IMG/VR virus record: IMGVR_UViG_3300042291_001013
DNA: 64,000 bases
Reading direction: 5' to 3' (one strand)
From: a virus
Lineage: Duplodnaviria; Caudoviricetes
Shown here piece after piece: positions 63,752-64,000 of this stretch. A program made the translations under genes and the position numbers. The number at the start of each line of letters is the position of its first letter. The first letter of the stretch is position 1. Under the pieces are notes generated by a model that worked only from the letters and a program-made list of their open reading frames with translations, made no database searches and was not told the origin of the DNA.

Positions 63752-64000
63752 ATGGCTAGAACTGTTGCAGAAATAGAAGCAGAAATTGCCAAGCTTCAGG
63801 CAGAATTTGATGCGGTGCAAGCAGCCGCAAGAGCTTCTGGTGATATTAATAGTCCTCTTCTAAACACAAGAGAACAATTAAGAGCTCAAATAGCTCAACT
63901 TCGACGTGAGTTAAGAACCGCAGTTGCACAAGAAAATGGCACACAACCTCAACCTCCTGCCACTGCCAGCCAAACTGCACAAGACGATGGTAGTCAAGGT
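63752..64000 (+). CDS. Partial ORF running off the right edge (coiled-coil N-terminus; next baseplate gene)
   Basis: ATG 63752: MARTVAEIEAEIAKLQAEFDAVQAAARASG..., open to the end of the window. Confidence 0.6.
   Translation, partial: MARTVAEIEAEIAKLQAEFDAVQAAARASGDINSPLLNTREQLRAQIAQLRRELRTAVAQENGTQPQPPATASQTAQDDGSQG

Noticed and set aside
1-64000. Stop-codon reassignment (alternative genetic code)
   Set aside because: All core genes are full length in the standard code and tile the window densely.

Overview
The whole window is part of a large T4-like (myovirus, Tevenvirinae-style gene set) dsDNA phage genome in the standard genetic code; assignments rest on recognisable protein motifs and T4-like synteny, with no database search. 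It holds most of the virion morphogenesis region. Head: portal gp20, protease gp21, scaffold gp22, capsid gp23, small terminase gp16, gp4. Neck and tail: gp13, gp14, gp15, sheath gp18, tube gp19 plus a tube paralogue, tape measure with an M15 peptidase, gp26/gp51, a tube-initiator-like protein with a large repeat array, and gp53. There is also an 18 kb block of Gly/Asn/Thr-rich fibre genes, the gp55-gp47-gp46 block interleaved with three radical SAM genes, three glycosyltransferase-like genes, dNMP kinase, an exonuclease, a NUDIX hydrolase and a four-gene accessory cassette. TAA(A/G/C)TA late-promoter boxes and sigma70 promoters are easy to read, and many give leaderless transcripts. I found no tRNA, rRNA, CRISPR array or integrase. 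Best leads: (1) a ~445 nt densely base-paired noncoding element directly after a GIY-YIG nuclease gene (51296-51740); (2) a probable -1 frameshift fusing gp26 and gp51 (49261-49267); (3) a pseudoknot-like 5' leader with partial TPP-aptamer similarity (37212-37297); (4) a possible fibre glycosylation system; (5) a 762 aa head polyprotein punctuated by protease-like x-x-E sites; (6) a 9-copy acidic repeat array on a baseplate protein.
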